Below are positions 36,277-46,888 of a stretch of 48,429 bases of DNA, piece by piece. Under the pieces are notes generated by a model that searched no databases, had not been told where the DNA came from, and saw only the letters and a list, made by a program, of their open reading frames with translations. The stretch is from a virus (lineage: Duplodnaviria; Caudoviricetes), in IMG/VR virus record IMGVR_UViG_3300037484_000515, positions 1-48,429 of that record. One strand, given 5' to 3'. Positions within the stretch are counted from its first letter, which is position 1. Each line of letters opens with the position of its first letter. The position numbers were made by a program, and so were the translations under genes.

Positions 36277-36924
36277 TTACGCCACCATCATTAAAAAGGG
36301 TAAAAGTTGCCACAATTCTTCTTCCATCGGAATCGCCGTCGAAGGACTATCATATTGACGCTGCCCTAACCACATCAGTAACTGCTCCATAGGATCTTGC
36401 TTTTGCGGTTGCAGCATTTTAAATACATCCGCCCCTACACCGCCGGCAAGTTGACCCCAACCTGCCTCCCTTTGCGCTTTCAGAGTGGCGATATTACTGC
36501 CCACGCCCGTCAGATAGCCCAGCGCGTTAGATTTCACCTCCTCGTCCAGGCGCATGACCTGTTCGTTCAACGCACTTACTTGCTCGGCCACAACGCGATT
36601 GACGCTGCCCAGCATTTCATTGGCCGCCGTGCTGTCTGCCAGGCCACGCGAGGACACCGCCGCCGCCCCGCGTGTCTGCATAGCACCGGCCTCACGGCTA
36701 ATCCGCGCTAAGCCGCGATTGATGATGTCTTGTTCGACATCGCCGGATAGACCACCCTCCGCCCGCCCTTTCAGGAGATTATAAAGATCCTGCATTTCGT
36801 TTGATTTGCCGCCAGGCAGCTTTACGCCCGCAGCAGCCGCTCCCACTGCAAGAGGATAAAGCATGGGATTAGTTATGATGGGCGTTTTCGTGAAAATATC
36901 GCCTAAATTATCCCAGAAACTCAT
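36277..36924 (-). CDS. Small internal virion/ejection protein
   Basis: Gly/Ala/Gln-rich, SRGLADST motif, podovirus synteny. Confidence 0.65.
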   Translation of the reverse strand: MSFWDNLGDIFTKTPIITNPMLYPLAVGAAAAGVKLPGGKSNEMQDLYNLLKGRAEGGLSGDVEQDIINRGLARISREAGAMQTRGAAAVSSRGLADSTAANEMLGSVNRVVAEQVSALNEQVMRLDEEVKSNALGYLTGVGSNIATLKAQREAGWGQLAGGVGADVFKMLQPQKQDPMEQLLMWLGQRQYDSPSTAIPMEEELWQLLPFLMMVA

Positions 36925-36925
36925 A

Positions 36926-37123
36926 TTATTTCCCTCCCCTTGAAGATAGAGTAACCGCCCCGCCCAGCGCTTCTATGGCCGCGATGATCGCTGCGAATGA
37001 CTCATCCATATAGGTTTCATTTTCAGTAAAACGCCTATCCGTCACTGCCGCTACGCGCCGATGCTCTATGTCTCGCGGCCCTGGGATTCGCGTCAAATAC
37101 TCAATTTTGGGAGTTACTGCCAT
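36926..37123 (-). CDS. Small tail-associated protein
   Basis: Position after the nozzle gene; GGAGGAG RBS. Confidence 0.5.
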   Translation of the reverse strand: MAVTPKIEYLTRIPGPRDIEHRRVAAVTDRRFTENETYMDESFAAIIAAIEALGGAVTLSSRGGK

Positions 37124-40100
37124 TGCTCCTCCATCCCCTCAAGTCGTCTGAACGATAAATCCGAATCTAAATTATGCGAGAGAATCCAGGTAAATTCGCG
37201 GCCCATGAGATCTACCATCTTTTCTTTTCCGCTTTCCGTTGTGGCCATTGTAATCGTCCGGCTCCCGCCCTTCTCGTTCTTGATCGTAATGGTGTAGCTA
37301 TCGGCATTCTGGCTGTCGGGATATTCATAAATAGCGCGAATCGAATGGAGCACTCTATTGCCAAATCTTCCCGTAGGAATCACTTGTTCCCAATACATCG
37401 CTACGGGTTGATCTGCGAACTTGAATGAATCTGGATCAAGCTGATAGAAAGTGTAGTTATTATGATAGATGATAGAATCATCGGATAACCGTGCCCAACC
37501 GCGCACAGCGAGAATCGTTCCGTCTGCATCCCCACGCATCATGACCGCACCGTTCTTGTCAATCTCGACGTTCTGGGCGATCAACGTAGCGGCTATCGGG
37601 CCGGAGCGATACCACCAATCGTATTTCGAGGCGGCATTGGGAGATTCGGCTATCGCCCAGACGTGAGCATGATCGGGATTTGCCGCTGCGGGTCGCCACC
37701 CGTTCAATGTGCCGAAATGGTCATAGGCCGTATCGGGGTAATAGCCGTCTTCTCCGTCCGGTTGAGGCGAGGGCGCATTCCATGATTCACCCGTTCCCAT
37801 CAGGCGCGCCCTATGTTCTATGCGACCATTAATCTGGTGATAATAGAATGCGTCCCATTGCTTCGCTTCGTCTGTGCCCGTATAGGTCAAGGCGTATTGA
37901 TTGGCATTTTCGCCGATGCTACTTATACCCTGCGGATATTCCCAATCAGAAATCCCTTCGTCCGCAGACCAATATCGAAAGACGAGCTGATTGACACTAT
38001 TGACATCCAGAAATCCTACTTGACCTTCTTGGGCGCACATGCAGGCATTAGGCATATTAACATTAGCTAATTCTTGCCAATTATAAAATGCGGACAGCCA
38101 AAGTCCACGCATGAGTTTGCTACTGCTTAAACCCGTGGCCCAGTGCACAAAGGCATAACCTGGCGCGTTGGCGTCAAAGGCTACGCTGGGCGCTATCGTC
38201 GAAACCTGCGATCCGCCCGTGTCTTCGCGGCTATACGTAAAGAACCAAATCAAGCCGCCATTCTGTGAACAGCGTTGTTTGGTGTAAGCATGATCGCCCG
38301 TCGCCACATAACTGCGCCAGACGACGATAATATGATTGCTGTCGTTAGGATCAACGTCTATGTCGGGATAATACTGCGCATCGTCAACGCCGGTGAGGGT
38401 TTCCAGCGCATAACCTTCTCCGCCGCTATATTGCTGCCACTCCATCGTCGCTATGTTGAACTTGCCATAATAAACACGCTTGCTGGTATTATCAAGATTT
38501 TCCCACGTCGAAACCGCATGAATATAAGTTCCCCTGACAACGAAAGACATGGATTGACTTTTAGGCCCGCCCCCTGCTAACTCCCAATCCTTTAGATGAA
38601 CAAACTCATTTGCCCCTGGCGTTAGATAATAGAATCCCCTTATAGGACTATATAAATCACCCCCAGGATTATCTACTCTTCCGACAATAACGGTTCCCGC
38701 TGGCAATGCGCCGACGGCTATGGGCAAAATGCCGAGCGTCTTTTGCGTCGTATAATTGCCGCCCACGCTACGCAGTCCTTCAGCATCCTCGTTATTTATT
38801 TTCATCCAGCGCGGATCATTGGTCGGAGCTATTATTTCTGCGGTGGGAATACTGAATAGCACTTTGTCATCGCGTAATATCGGCATAACCTGCGCCGCAT
38901 CCAAATCAATGTCGGGCATCGCCAAAATCGTTTCGAGTTTATCGCGTATATGGTCTAAAGGACGCGGCTTGCTATTGGGCTCCCAAACATAGAGAATAGA
39001 CCGATCCCCGCGTTTGCCGATGAAATAACTGACGCCATCTACTTCCGCATAAGCGTCTATCGAATTTACTCCGCTATCCCAGGGCTGCTCGGCCAACACT
39101 TCCACCGTGCCATCGCCTAAAAGCAGATATTTGAACAATCTGCGTTTTGTGCCGACTAATAAGAAATCATGGTGAGGCCGGATACCGACTAACTTTTCGT
39201 CGTAATCTGCGCTGATATTGATATAACGCGGTTGAAGATCAAATCCCGCGAGCGGATCATTTACGCGATGCGAATAGCGAATCGTGAACTGTCGCTTCTC
39301 ATCGTCATAATTCACGCCGGTTACCCACATGGTATCGGCAAATATCCGCGCTTGAGAATAGTTGCAATCTATGCGCGGCAATTCGTCTCGCGCTTTATTG
39401 GGATCAATCCAATTCGGCACGGCGGCGCTGGTGGGCTGATTTAGGTCTATGAAATCCAGAACAACGTTTGTTGCGCTCTGACGCCAGCGACTGTTAACTT
39501 GTAGGGTATAGTGTCTCTCATAGGTTAGACTTGGATTGGGCGTTGGAACCTTGACGTATATAAAAATCCATTCTATTCCTATTCCACCCGACGAGCTATA
39601 AATGTCTGATTCATAGTCCGCATCATTATCGTCAGTAAATTTAGCCGTCAAATCCTTATAGAAATCCACATCAATATTTTGCGACGGATGCACTAAATAG
39701 AAATATTTAAAGCGAGCATAGGTGTTACTTCCGATGGTCTCAAAGTTCAGGAAAATGGCATCCAAATTGATGACATTGGCATATCCATCCTGAATGTCAA
39801 AGCGGGCGATTTCTTGATAGGGCGGAAGAAGAGAAGGCGCTAATGCAGGCTCTCCGGCGGCTTGAATCCCCAAGTTTTGATGACTGCGATAGAGACGAAA
39901 ACCCGATAATCGCTTAGGAAACGCCGCACCATCTTCATAGTCTCTAATCGTTAAGCGTAATTTTGTGCCCCAGGTATAATAGGGATCTGCGCTGACGGTT
40001 TCACCGATAGTAAATGGATCAACTTTCAGGTCTGCAACTTGATGTCCGTCATATTCGGCCAAAATTGCATATTTAACATTGGCATTGGCATAGCCGAAAT

Positions 40101-40908
40101 TATTGCCCAAGTGCCAGGTGTGCGGCGTTCCGCCGGTTGGGCTATCTACAATCTCTAAGTCCGGTGTGTAGTCCGGCAAGCCCACGCCGCGCACCAGGTC
40201 GGCAAACTCATGCAAACACCAGCCATCTTGGGGATGCGCTGAATCGTATCTTTTGAAATAAGCATTGACTTCTTCTTCGCTGACAGGCGTCTTAGGCTGG
40301 CGATTGACATAACGCCATTGCAGCGGAAACGAATCGGACTTGTTGAACATAGGATGCAATTGTTCGCCGCCGTCATACATAAAATCGCCCAATGCCGCTC
40401 GCAATACCCCCTTATCCGACAGCCACTTCGCCGGTCGGTCATGGCAATCACTCACCCCAAATTCCTCGATAAAATTAGGGGCATTTGACATTTTATCATA
40501 GGGCGATAGATCGTCCCAGCCGCAGTAGAACGGCCCCTCGATAAACCATTGCCCGCCCGTTTCTAAGCTGCGCTCTAATTCATACCAATCGAATCCCTTA
40601 CTGCCTTTGACCTGAATGACCAACAACTCCGATGGCCGATTGATCTTGCTCTCCGCCGCCCAGACGCGATTGAAGGTCATCTGTCCGACAGAGAGTATTT
40701 GATCGCCGGATTCTAACCGTCCATTGAATAGTTGATTATTCGGATCAAATATCTTGCTGCCGGTGCTCTTACGCAAGCAGCCTGGGGATTTTGTCAAATC
40801 TACGTTCCGCGCTTCCCGTGCTATATTCGGGGATAAATCGCCTGCATCGGGATTCGTCGCCATTCCGCCGGAAAAATTCTTGATTGCAAATGTCGGCTTG
40901 AATTGCAT
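37114..40908 (-). CDS. Tail nozzle/tubular protein B-like, with inserted domains
   Basis: N-terminal NFSGGM...DL...NVDL...GCLRK...G, a beta-propeller-like body, and no signal peptide. Confidence 0.7.
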   Translation of the reverse strand: MQFKPTFAIKNFSGGMATNPDAGDLSPNIAREARNVDLTKSPGCLRKSTGSKIFDPNNQLFNGRLESGDQILSVGQMTFNRVWAAESKINRPSELLVIQVKGSKGFDWYELERSLETGGQWFIEGPFYCGWDDLSPYDKMSNAPNFIEEFGVSDCHDRPAKWLSDKGVLRAALGDFMYDGGEQLHPMFNKSDSFPLQWRYVNRQPKTPVSEEEVNAYFKRYDSAHPQDGWCLHEFADLVRGVGLPDYTPDLEIVDSPTGGTPHTWHLGNNFGYANANVKYAILAEYDGHQVADLKVDPFTIGETVSADPYYTWGTKLRLTIRDYEDGAAFPKRLSGFRLYRSHQNLGIQAAGEPALAPSLLPPYQEIARFDIQDGYANVINLDAIFLNFETIGSNTYARFKYFYLVHPSQNIDVDFYKDLTAKFTDDNDADYESDIYSSSGGIGIEWIFIYVKVPTPNPSLTYERHYTLQVNSRWRQSATNVVLDFIDLNQPTSAAVPNWIDPNKARDELPRIDCNYSQARIFADTMWVTGVNYDDEKRQFTIRYSHRVNDPLAGFDLQPRYINISADYDEKLVGIRPHHDFLLVGTKRRLFKYLLLGDGTVEVLAEQPWDSGVNSIDAYAEVDGVSYFIGKRGDRSILYVWEPNSKPRPLDHIRDKLETILAMPDIDLDAAQVMPILRDDKVLFSIPTAEIIAPTNDPRWMKINNEDAEGLRSVGGNYTTQKTLGILPIAVGALPAGTVIVGRVDNPGGDLYSPIRGFYYLTPGANEFVHLKDWELAGGGPKSQSMSFVVRGTYIHAVSTWENLDNTSKRVYYGKFNIATMEWQQYSGGEGYALETLTGVDDAQYYPDIDVDPNDSNHIIVVWRSYVATGDHAYTKQRCSQNGGLIWFFTYSREDTGGSQVSTIAPSVAFDANAPGYAFVHWATGLSSSKLMRGLWLSAFYNWQELANVNMPNACMCAQEGQVGFLDVNSVNQLVFRYWSADEGISDWEYPQGISSIGENANQYALTYTGTDEAKQWDAFYYHQINGRIEHRARLMGTGESWNAPSPQPDGEDGYYPDTAYDHFGTLNGWRPAAANPDHAHVWAIAESPNAASKYDWWYRSGPIAATLIAQNVEIDKNGAVMMRGDADGTILAVRGWARLSDDSIIYHNNYTFYQLDPDSFKFADQPVAMYWEQVIPTGRFGNRVLHSIRAIYEYPDSQNADSYTITIKNEKGGSRTITMATTESGKEKMVDLMGREFTWILSHNLDSDLSFRRLEGMEEQWQ

Positions 40909-40912
40909 GATT

Positions 40913-41821
40913 TTAGGGATCGGCTTCCAGAATAATATCCGTGTAGAAATCGGTTGTATCGGCGGCATCCGCTGCTTCGGGCGTGAACACTAATTTCACG
41001 GCATCAACAAAACCTGGGGTAAAGCTGAATGCCTTGAAGTCCGCCGCGCCCGACGCAATATTGACCGTGAGAGTATCAAGATAAGCACTTGTTACTACGC
41101 CCCGCGAAACTCCCTGAATATAGACCGTCAGCGAGTCGTCATCGTATTTACTGCCGTCGCCCACTGTGCACAAGTAGGCTCGATCCGGCATTTGATAGAC
41201 CCCAGGGCTGGTCTCAATGCGGAAATCTATGATGTCCGAAGTGGTATTGGCCGCGCCAATGGCCAATTTTGCGCTGCGAGTGCGCCAGATATTGTAGTGG
41301 GGAATGCGCTTGACGTAATTGCGGGGCGGGTCATACATGTTGCTGGACTCGTCGGCCAAATAAACGCCCACCCACTCCGTAGAATCCGCCGCTACTCCGT
41401 AGGGATAAGAAAAAACAAAATGGACATATTGACCGGCATAGGATTCCAGCCAGGGCATAGCGAACGAGTGGTTATTCTGTGAGCTTGATCCTATGCCGTT
41501 GAAATCCTGCCAGAGTTCGGAATGGATCAACACCCAACGATCCTGGTCTGGATCGGCGTTCTGTTCCGCCAAGTAGGTGTCAATTTGCAGCCAATAATGA
41601 GTCGTATTCGTGCCGACTTCATCAAGATCAAGGAAGAGGGTGGATCGGATCGGGCGGCGATTATCGGCGCTGGATTTGTAAAGCCAAATCTGATCGCTGG
41701 TGTCGGGCGTATTGGACACGATAGTGTCCCCCGCCTCGAAAACCGTGCGATATAATTGAGCTGCCGACCAATTTGCCGACATCAAGAGAATGGTTGTTAA
41801 GGCCAAAACAAGTCTTTTCAT
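40913..41821 (-). CDS. Signal-peptide-bearing acidic beta-rich protein
   Basis: GGAGGAGG RBS; MKRLVLALTTILLMSANWSAA|Q leader. Confidence 0.75.
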   Translation of the reverse strand: MKRLVLALTTILLMSANWSAAQLYRTVFEAGDTIVSNTPDTSDQIWLYKSSADNRRPIRSTLFLDLDEVGTNTTHYWLQIDTYLAEQNADPDQDRWVLIHSELWQDFNGIGSSSQNNHSFAMPWLESYAGQYVHFVFSYPYGVAADSTEWVGVYLADESSNMYDPPRNYVKRIPHYNIWRTRSAKLAIGAANTTSDIIDFRIETSPGVYQMPDRAYLCTVGDGSKYDDDSLTVYIQGVSRGVVTSAYLDTLTVNIASGAADFKAFSFTPGFVDAVKLVFTPEAADAADTTDFYTDIILEADP

Positions 41822-41889
41822 CTATCGTCCTCCTCCCCAGTCGGGGATTCTCACCGTGCCGATATGGGTCTCAAATTCGGTATTCGTTT

Positions 41890-43422
41890 TCATTCTTCAA
41901 CCACGATCACCTGCCCCACGCTCGCCGCCGCCGGTGGCGCTCCCCCCGTCTCAAACGTGAAGCTGAAGCGAGGGCGGTTGGCGGCGGTGGCATTCTCGGA
42001 TGAAGCGAAATCATTACTTGCAATGCCAGTCTGTAAGAGTAATCCACCCTCTTGCCCCGATGCTTGTCCATACCATTCTGTTGCCGTTGTCGTTGAAATC
42101 GCCCATGAATACCAAGTATTTGTAGTCGTAACATTTACTATTGATTCAGCAGTTAGTGCTCGATCTCCACCAGTGCCGTCTCCCGTATTATATGTTCTGG
42201 TGTCTGTTGCACTCATACAGCCCGCTGTTGTCCATTCGTTTGCATCACTCGCCCAATCATTCCAGGTTACATCGCCATCGTCGTTATCTGTGCCGTTTTC
42301 ATCACCTTTAACCCATTGATTTTTCCAGATTGCATAAACATTTGTATTGCCATCACTATAATTGCCGCTACATTTCAAAGAACATACACCAGTTATATTC
42401 GTAGCACCAACACCAAGAGTAGAACCTACACCAACTGGACGTATAACAGAATTATAATCATAAGCAGCTTCCGATACAGTAATAACCGTAAGAACTCCAT
42501 AATTTCTATCCCCAAATATCTGATTAAGCTGTGCATCATCAATACTCCCATTCCCTATCGAAACCTGATCGTTATGCCGGATCTTCGCGGAAGCATTCCC
42601 CGTCATAATCGCATCCATCCGGTTCACGTTCACCCGCTCGCGGAATTGCCCCGCCGCCCATCCCTGCATCACCGGAAACTCCACGCTGTCGGGCTGTCCG
42701 TCGTATTCCAACCATTGCCCGCCCATCTCCAGCGCGTAATGTTGCCATTGCTTGAGCGTCGTTCCGTGCTTCGTGCCCGTCGGGTTGGCGATATTCGTCA
42801 GCGTAATATCTACATCGGTCGCCACCGCGCACCCCGCCCATTCGGGATGCAGTTGGGCTTGCTCTACCGCCCATAGCGAAAACGCAGGCTCCATCGTGTA
42901 GCGGTGGATCACGTTGCCGTTCTGCTTGATGACTTCAAAGATCACGCCCGAATAGATCACCCACCGCAGAGTGTCGCCGGAAATCACCGGAGTCCCGAAC
43001 GTCGCCGGAGCGCTGAATCCCTCCACCACCGCGCCTGTCAGAGTATCCTCCAGCACAAACCCGTTGAGCTGGTAGATCATGGTGTAGGTCGTATCATCCC
43101 ACGTCACGGTGAACAGGGTGCGCCCCGCCCGATTCTGCTCGACTTTCAGCACGTCAGTATTGCACGTCCATTTCCGATTCGCGCCACTGCCCGACTGCAC
43201 CCACGTATTGCTGATCGGTTGCCAGACCCCGCCATTGGGATAATGCCAGATCTGCCCGCCGATAGAAAGCTGGTGCTGCGCTCGCCACTTCCCCCACGGC
43301 TGGAGCACACTATCAGAATTCACCACGGATTGATACCCGCTCGGAACCCACGCCGCTTTTGTAGGGGTTTGATTCATCAAACCCGCCGCCAGCACCAGAA
43401 CTATGTAAAGGAGTCGTTTCAT
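41890..43422 (-). CDS. Signal-peptide-bearing protein with a C-terminal DNRLRE-like domain
   Basis: MKRLLYIVLVLAAGLMNQTPTKA|A leader; DAQL...RNYG, VTWN...WTTAG, WYSW, FASSE...NRP. Confidence 0.75.
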   Translation of the reverse strand: MKRLLYIVLVLAAGLMNQTPTKAAWVPSGYQSVVNSDSVLQPWGKWRAQHQLSIGGQIWHYPNGGVWQPISNTWVQSGSGANRKWTCNTDVLKVEQNRAGRTLFTVTWDDTTYTMIYQLNGFVLEDTLTGAVVEGFSAPATFGTPVISGDTLRWVIYSGVIFEVIKQNGNVIHRYTMEPAFSLWAVEQAQLHPEWAGCAVATDVDITLTNIANPTGTKHGTTLKQWQHYALEMGGQWLEYDGQPDSVEFPVMQGWAAGQFRERVNVNRMDAIMTGNASAKIRHNDQVSIGNGSIDDAQLNQIFGDRNYGVLTVITVSEAAYDYNSVIRPVGVGSTLGVGATNITGVCSLKCSGNYSDGNTNVYAIWKNQWVKGDENGTDNDDGDVTWNDWASDANEWTTAGCMSATDTRTYNTGDGTGGDRALTAESIVNVTTTNTWYSWAISTTTATEWYGQASGQEGGLLLQTGIASNDFASSENATAANRPRFSFTFETGGAPPAAASVGQVIVVEE

Positions 43423-45782
43423 GGCGTTAAATTCCCATAAAACTGAATCAGCAACTGATCTGTGCTGTCCGCCGGAGTTACTATCCCGATCTTCGCGCCC
43501 GATGCTATCGTCCCATTGTCAATCGAAGTGAACCAATTCTGCCGCCGCGCCGTCCCTGTCTCCGTGCCTACCTGCATCGCTTCGATGACCGCCGCCGCCC
43601 CCGTCGTTAATGGCATCTCCACCAGCGTAAAATCGAAATCGTCTACACTCCCATCGGTTTCAACAAGAATCGAATCAATCGTATAGACTACCCCTGTCAG
43701 ATTCGCCCAGATATTCGACGTGTCCGCCACAAGATGCTTCGGGTTGACAATCGCCACGCTGAAATTCTTCTTGAGCGGAACCGCCGCAATCTGCTCCGGC
43801 AGCGACAGCGTGATCGTCCCCGCCCCATTCGTTACGGTCAATTCGTTGGCCGTCCCCGTCATAGTCGCCAGCACCGGATCAGTCGTCCCATCCCCTACCG
43901 GAATCTGCCCATTCGTCGCCACGCCCAACGCCGTAATCGCATCCGTCCCTGATCCTACCAGCAACCCCCCATCCGTCAGCGTATTCGCCCCCGTTCCACC
44001 CTCATTCACCGCAAAGGGATATGCCGTATTGACAAGATTCTCCGCTATCGTGCCGTCAGCTATATCCGTCAGGGTTGCTTCCAGCGGTTGATAAGTCGCT
44101 CCTACCCACGTCCGATAGGCCACATCCGCGCTATCAGCTGGGTCTAAGAAATCCAGTCCACTCACCCAGTCTCGATAGGCCACTCCCGCCGAATCCGCCG
44201 GATCTAAAAAGTCGCTCACCACGAGGTCAACCGTGCCATCATCATCCTGATAGGTAACGGTGATTCCCGTCTCGGTATTCCCCGTGAACATCGCGCCGGA
44301 CAGATCTTGCGCCACCTCATCATCTATCTCCAGACTGTCCGTCGTAATGGCTATCCCCCCGCCGGATAAAACATTCGCCGTCACCGTAACCGCCCCATCA
44401 GCACCTCCGCCGCTCAGCCCATCCCCCGCCGTTACCGCCGAAATATCCCCCGTCTCCGTAATGGTGATATTGTCCGGCACCTGAGCGTCCGTGACCGAGC
44501 CTTGCAATTCACTCAGATCCAGCACCGCCTCAAGCTCAGCCTCCACGCCGGTGGCATTGAGTTCTTCTGCCGAAACCGCATCTGCCGTCAGGTCTGCGGC
44601 TGTAATCGTCGAATCCTGAATCTCCCCGGCCGTTCCTCCATCCACCGCCCCGGCAGCGATCTGAGCATCAGCCACCGTTCCACTTAACTCCGAGAAGTCA
44701 TCCTGGGCATTGTCCTGGGTGTCCACATAAGTCCGGGTGGCCGCATCCGCGCTATCTGCGGGGTCTAAATAATCGCCCACTTGCGTTTGATGCTGTTCGA
44801 TATATTGATCCCACTGAACGTCGGTGGCATTGGTCGTATCCAGCGTGATGTCATTGGGCACCTGAGCATCGCTCGCTGCTCCGCCCAGCTCGCTAATATT
44901 ATCATGTGCCGCATCCGTCTCTAATCCCGGCACTTCCGCCTCGGTCGCCATCGTCGAAACAATCTCGTCCGCCGCCCAGGGATTTGCCGTGTTGATCCAA
45001 TTTCCCGCAATCGTCTCGGCTTGCACCATGAACGCCACCGCGCCTGAATCCGGCTTGGCGGAAATCCGCGCCGACATCACAGTAGTATCCGACACCGTTA
45101 CAATCGTGGCTACCGTATCCGGCCATGTCAGCGCCGAAGAAGTATCCTGCTCCGCGTCAAGATCTGTCTTGGTCGCATCCCAAGAAGTTGTATCACTATC
45201 AAGTTGATAGTCGCCAATCGTTATCGTGGTCGCGCCAGATACTTCATAAGGGCTTTTCCACGCCACCAGCCGCATCGTCCAGATGTTCGTGTCGGGGAAT
45301 ACCCCGAAATAGGGAAATGCCCCATTCGCCCCGCTGTCTTCGTTGGCAACAGACAATCTGCCCATCGTTGGAAAATCTAAGCTGCTACTGGTAAGTGATG
45401 GGCTGAACACGGCATAGGTTACTTTGTTCGCAACGGCCTTGACGTAAAGAGTATCGTAGTATATGCTGGAGGTATCGCCCTGAGAATATCCCAATAGCAG
45501 CACGATCAAGCTGTCATCATCAGCCTTGTCGCACGTAACCTCCAGCATGGCATGATCCGCCAAAAAAGGTGTGCCCGCCTTGTCATATACCAAAAAATTG
45601 AATGGTTCAGACAAGGCTCGCGCTTTATTTGCCCAACTTCCGGTAAACGTCGAATTGATCCCGCCTGTTGAGCAAACACTCGCGTCATAAAATAGAGCGG
45701 CATTTCCAATACTGATTTGCTGCGCGTTAGCTATGATCGCCATACCAGCGAGGCATAACCACGCCAGCTTCCATCGTGCCAC
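43419..45782 (-). CDS. Signal-peptide-bearing phage fibre protein
   Basis: GTG start at 45782 after an AGGTGA RBS gives MARWKLAWLCLAGMAIIANA|Q. Fibre motifs: DAATRTYVD, VTAGDGLSGG, GNTETGITVTYQD, VNEGGTGA, TNGAGTITLSLP. Confidence 0.78.
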   Translation of the reverse strand: MARWKLAWLCLAGMAIIANAQQISIGNAALFYDASVCSTGGINSTFTGSWANKARALSEPFNFLVYDKAGTPFLADHAMLEVTCDKADDDSLIVLLLGYSQGDTSSIYYDTLYVKAVANKVTYAVFSPSLTSSSLDFPTMGRLSVANEDSGANGAFPYFGVFPDTNIWTMRLVAWKSPYEVSGATTITIGDYQLDSDTTSWDATKTDLDAEQDTSSALTWPDTVATIVTVSDTTVMSARISAKPDSGAVAFMVQAETIAGNWINTANPWAADEIVSTMATEAEVPGLETDAAHDNISELGGAASDAQVPNDITLDTTNATDVQWDQYIEQHQTQVGDYLDPADSADAATRTYVDTQDNAQDDFSELSGTVADAQIAAGAVDGGTAGEIQDSTITAADLTADAVSAEELNATGVEAELEAVLDLSELQGSVTDAQVPDNITITETGDISAVTAGDGLSGGGADGAVTVTANVLSGGGIAITTDSLEIDDEVAQDLSGAMFTGNTETGITVTYQDDDGTVDLVVSDFLDPADSAGVAYRDWVSGLDFLDPADSADVAYRTWVGATYQPLEATLTDIADGTIAENLVNTAYPFAVNEGGTGANTLTDGGLLVGSGTDAITALGVATNGQIPVGDGTTDPVLATMTGTANELTVTNGAGTITLSLPEQIAAVPLKKNFSVAIVNPKHLVADTSNIWANLTGVVYTIDSILVETDGSVDDFDFTLVEMPLTTGAAAVIEAMQVGTETGTARRQNWFTSIDNGTIASGAKIGIVTPADSTDQLLIQFYGNLTP

Positions 45783-46491
45783 GAAATCTCTCACCTTTGA
45801 TAAGTTGCGATCTGAATTTATCTTTGAGTCTATTTGTCTCTAAAATCGTCTCTTGCCAACGCCGCAGCGTAGCCCTCACGTCCCCCTTGTCGCGCAAGAA
45901 CTTCCAGGCCGCTCGTTCGGCGATGCAATCATGATAATCTTCAGGGAACTCAGGATAGAGCGAATCCCAATCGTCTATCGTGGGCTGCGGCGGACGCCGG
46001 AAATAAGAACACAGGAAGTTCGTCGAATCAGCTTCCGAAAGATAGGGATAGAACGAGACATAAGTGATATTGGCGTTGGTGTCCGTATCCCATTCACTCC
46101 ATTCGGCAAAGGCTATCGGCGATCCCGTGGTGTCAATCGCGCCCGAATTGTTCGCATCGTCTATCGCGTCTTTATTCCACTTCCCCAAACGCGGTGGACT
46201 ATTGGGCTTGTAGTAAATCCGGCGCACGCTGAAAATCTTATGCGTCGTCGGCAGTTCGGTCGCGCCGATAGCCGTTTCCAGATTGTGCTTGTTCAGCGCC
46301 AGCGTCGTGGCCGTCAACGTCAAGAGCGTGGGCTTACGATACGTGCATCCGGTCTCGCGGCAGATATTCCAATACTCATCCGCCAGCCGATTGCAGATTT
46401 CCGTATCATCTTCGGATTGCAAGCCTTCAGCATAACCCGCCTTCTGCCCGATCTTTTGCAGATAGCGGTCTTTTAGGCTTTCAAAAGTCAT
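45727..46491 (-). CDS. Head-tail adaptor / tubular protein A-like
   Basis: MTFESLK..., TGSPIAF, FYPY, YFRRP, EFPEDYHDCIAERAAW pattern; synteny. Confidence 0.7.
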   Translation of the reverse strand: MTFESLKDRYLQKIGQKAGYAEGLQSEDDTEICNRLADEYWNICRETGCTYRKPTLLTLTATTLALNKHNLETAIGATELPTTHKIFSVRRIYYKPNSPPRLGKWNKDAIDDANNSGAIDTTGSPIAFAEWSEWDTDTNANITYVSFYPYLSEADSTNFLCSYFRRPPQPTIDDWDSLYPEFPEDYHDCIAERAAWKFLRDKGDVRATLRRWQETILETNRLKDKFRSQLIKGERFRGTMEAGVVMPRWYGDHS

Positions 46492-46527
46492 AGGTATAGG
46501 CTCCCCGCTCGCACGAGGAGCCTCTCC

Positions 46528-46836
46528 TTATTCCTCTTTCGCGGGTCGCCCGCGCTTCGGCTTTTCCAAATCGTCCAAGCGGGATTCGATTCGCCCTACT
46601 CGCGCCAAGAGTTCTTCATAATCCATCACCTTGTCGCCAGGCGTTCCGGCTTCAAGATGAATTTTGAAAACGGTGGGGAATGCCGACATTCTCTTTACGG
46701 CATTATTATCCACCAGGCAAGTCCATCCGTTTTCCGGCTTGAAAACATAGTTCTCAAAGCGTTTCTGAGGCTTAACTTCCCGCCCCTCGGCAATATACTC
46801 TACCAGGGTATAGGCTTGCACAATTGTTTCTGCCAT
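46528..46836 (-). CDS. Small post-capsid protein with a KRGRP tail
   Basis: C-terminal KPKRGRPAKEE; position. Confidence 0.6.
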   Translation of the reverse strand: MAETIVQAYTLVEYIAEGREVKPQKRFENYVFKPENGWTCLVDNNAVKRMSAFPTVFKIHLEAGTPGDKVMDYEELLARVGRIESRLDDLEKPKRGRPAKEE

Positions 46837-46888
46837 ATCAACTCCAGATTAAGTGAAGGGCGGGATGTAGTTCACCCCGCCCGTTGAT

